Assembly (NCBI GenBank): GCA_000934665.2
Contig: JYFJ02001594.1
Span: 1 to 64,000 of the forward strand
DNA from: Catajapyx aquilonaris
Taxonomy: Eukaryota
DNA: 64,000 nucleotides
Direction of reading: 5' to 3'
The position numbers and the translations under genes are program-made. Positions 61,511-64,000 of the stretch are shown here, piece by piece. Within the stretch, counting starts at the first letter, position 1. Each line of letters starts with the position of its first letter. The notes under the pieces are model-generated. The model ran no database searches. It saw only the letters and a list, made by a program, of their open reading frames with translations, and had not been told where the DNA came from.

Positions 61511-62459
61511 TCATCCTGACTGTCTCTTGAAGGTTAAAGGGGCAGCAGTGGTCACCAAATACCTTTTTGATATCTATATCAGTATGATCTTAGTGGGCCG
61601 ATTGCATATCTTAGGTTTTATCTAAACAATAGTGTGCTCAAGAACGATATCAACAACGCAATTTGCAGTAGCAAATATCTATACAGAGTAGAGGGTAGAT
61701 GTGAAGAAAATTAATTACATTGACACAATTTACATGTTTATTTTAAATTAAATTATGCATTATGACTTAGCACTTGTTAGTTATACATAATGTGTATGAG
61801 TGTAAAATTATTTATATAGGTCACTTTTTGATTCGTTGCAACAGTAGCTTCCACTGAAGTCAGGCCAAATGCCAAATAGATTTGATAGAGAACATTTTTT
61901 CGTAGTTTCCAGGACTTTAGATATTGCTCTTAGGTTACGTACAGTATTTGAACCCACGTATTGCACCGTGGGCGTTCATATTTGAATATATTCATCCCTG
62001 AGGCCCCCTTTCAACGCGACTTCATCCCAAAACTTTTCCAACAGTTCTGCTATAAAATAGAGGCAAAAAAATTCGCATTTCTCATATGCTTTGAAAAACT
62101 AGTAGGTCTGATACGTCACCGAACGAAAGACAAAATCATATTAGCGTTTGAATGATTTGAATGAAGGTTTGCAGATTGAAATGAAATTCAGAAGTCCCTT
62201 TGCCTGCACGATCTGGCCAATTGGAACGAGGAAGCGCTTTTTTTTCTTCTCTTGTCATGTAATTCGACCAGTCACGCAAACACGAGCCAAGTAAAAGTGG
62301 TCATACCAGGGCATGTATACGCTGTGCCGACTATTTTCGATTTGGCTATTGAGCGCGAACGTGAGTTCCGCATGTGCAATATTCGCGAATTTTCTGCATA
62401 CCTACAGTGCAGGTGTTCAAAAAATGTATTGACGGATTTCGGTGGCGAAATATTTGTCC

Positions 62460-62770
62460 AAAATAATTATATATAATAATTACCGTACATAAAATAATGT
62501 TAAATAACTTAATTAATAGAGTTAATTAACAAAATGAAAACAATTAATTTTAGCAAGGGAAATAAATAGATTAAAATTAATTGATAAATTAAAATCAAAC
62601 AACATGTGACAAATTACAATCAATAACTAAATTATTTATTTATTAATATTAATTGGCAGATAAATTACAATCAATACCTAAATTATTACAGTAAATTACT
62701 TGGCCAATAAATTAAAATTAGTTGATAAATAAATTAAAATAAAACAACAAAAAGTAACAAAATTATAAAA
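62460..62770. repeat. AT-rich degenerate repeat tract
   Basis: Repeated aaattacaatcaata(a/c)ctaaattatt and aaatta(a/g)ttgataaat segments. Confidence 0.65.
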
Positions 62771-62954
62771 TGGTAGGCAGTGTTGCCAAGTTTTGCCAAC
62801 ATGTTGACTACTATTAGTATTTAACACGTTGTTAGTGACATCCTTTACAAATTGCCCAGAGTCTCCCCCTCATTAGCTAAAGCTCAGATTACTGGAGCGT
62901 GTAGCAGGCCTGTGATTAAGGAAAACTAGAGCTGAGCGTGAGAAATGACCGTGA

Positions 62955-63707
62955 ATGAACCTCGACAAGTTTGAAGAAGGAGTGGAGAGAAGGTTAGCAA
63001 TGTCAAGCTCAAGGATAATTAAGTTCAAAGCTTTTTTAGAAAACTGTGGTTAAAAGTCGACATTCTTTTTTAACCAGGCCGTCATTGCTTAAATTAGCAG
63101 AGAGGGAACAGCTTTGTTACTTTTAATTCACTATTGCCAGAAAAGTTCGTTAGTGCTGAGACAGACTGTCCAAATAATTAGCAGTGATTTAACTAATTTA
63201 CGTACCAAATAAGTTTGTGTCGCTCTTGCTATTTTATAAGGCCATGCAGGTGAATAGCCTGAATCCTAAAGTGAAAAGCACCACATCTGACGTACAGAAC
63301 ATACGTGTGGCTAGACACTCTATTTTATCAAACAGGACGCAAAACCACACCTCGTAATTTTCATAGCCAAATAATCTATGGCACGCATAGAATATACATG
63401 TAAGAGGGTCATATTGGACGGGTAATAATTATGTCGGAGTGACCCAGGGCAAGGAGAATTTATTAGTGCCCCAGGTGAGTCGGTATACTGCATCATGTAC
63501 GACGCAGTATGATTAAATAATAGCAATTAATAATTTCACATGCCATACATTCTGATGAGGTGTTTTCGTTTTTTTGATAAACAGCTGCACCTCTTCGCGT
63601 CAGATTTTTAATTAGTTACAGTTCTGAACATAAAGGGATAGCCTCTTTGCAATACTGCTATACTTTTCTGCAGGCTCTTTGTGATGGACGTGCCTGCCAA
63701 CTACCAG
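62955..63707 (+). CDS. Possible 5' exons of an unidentified divergent gene (62955-62992 + 63674-63707; MNLDKFEEGVERRLFVMDVPANYQ...)
   Basis: Well-formed micro-exon cttttctgcag|G...CAG|gtaaaa, phase-compatible with ATG...AG|gttagc. No family recognised. Confidence 0.3.
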
Positions 63708-64000
63708 GTAAAATAATGTTAATATTTAAATTAAAATATTATTCTCTAATGTGCGCCAAACATGCTGTTATACCTGGATTATGCTGCAATTTGTGTAGCC
63801 TAATTAACACAATCATGTAAAATGTACACACCCGCATTATTGGCAAGCCCAGTTTACACGTTGCGCTAACAATGACTTTCGCCAATTATTTGCACATGTC
63901 AGCAAAATTGATGGCTGGCAGCAATTAATTACCGGGGAAGATGATCAGCTTTCCCTTAAATGTTGCAACAATGCGGCACGCACACATTCATCAAGGATCC

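Noticed and set aside
1..64000. Hammerhead ribozymes expected in PLE pLTRs
   Set aside because: The CTGATGA/CTGAAGA cores I inspected (e.g. near 11743, 14327, 36845, 55702, 63553) lack a correctly placed GAAA with flanking stems. An Infernal or RNAMotif search could still find degenerate ones.
1..64000. CRISPR arrays, rRNA, tRNA, telomeric (TTAGG)n, prokaryotic operons
   Set aside because: None seen; the sequence is spliced eukaryotic DNA.

Overview
Eukaryotic, AT-rich, intron-rich genomic DNA, very probably from an arthropod (a non-insect lineage such as a chelicerate or myriapod is my guess from the protein sequences). I built four spliced gene models by hand from GT-AG junctions and reading-frame phase. 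(1) The last two exons of a pyrokinin-receptor-like GPCR on + (4350-4567, 6422-6868). (2) A complete convergent paralogue on - (3 exons, 24100-16180, 447 aa). (3) A neurotrophin-1/Spaetzle-2-like cystine-knot ligand on - (9 coding exons, about 39310-28498, about 440 aa). (4) A secreted-type neutral ceramidase on - (13 coding exons, 59098-41488, 693 aa). A further + strand gene may begin at about 62955-63707. The most unusual signal is non-genic: introns and intergenic DNA carry roughly 35-45 short (about 100-250 bp), GC-richer islands on both strands. Their translations repeatedly resemble the same ~60-aa segment of Penelope-like retroelement (PLE) polyprotein, the linker between RT and the GIY-YIG endonuclease. 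The copies are extremely diverged by substitution, yet several keep exact residue spacing, and two in-frame units appear to form the C-terminal tail of the + strand GPCR. The PLE assignment rests on a consensus recalled from memory and needs an HMM or tblastn test.
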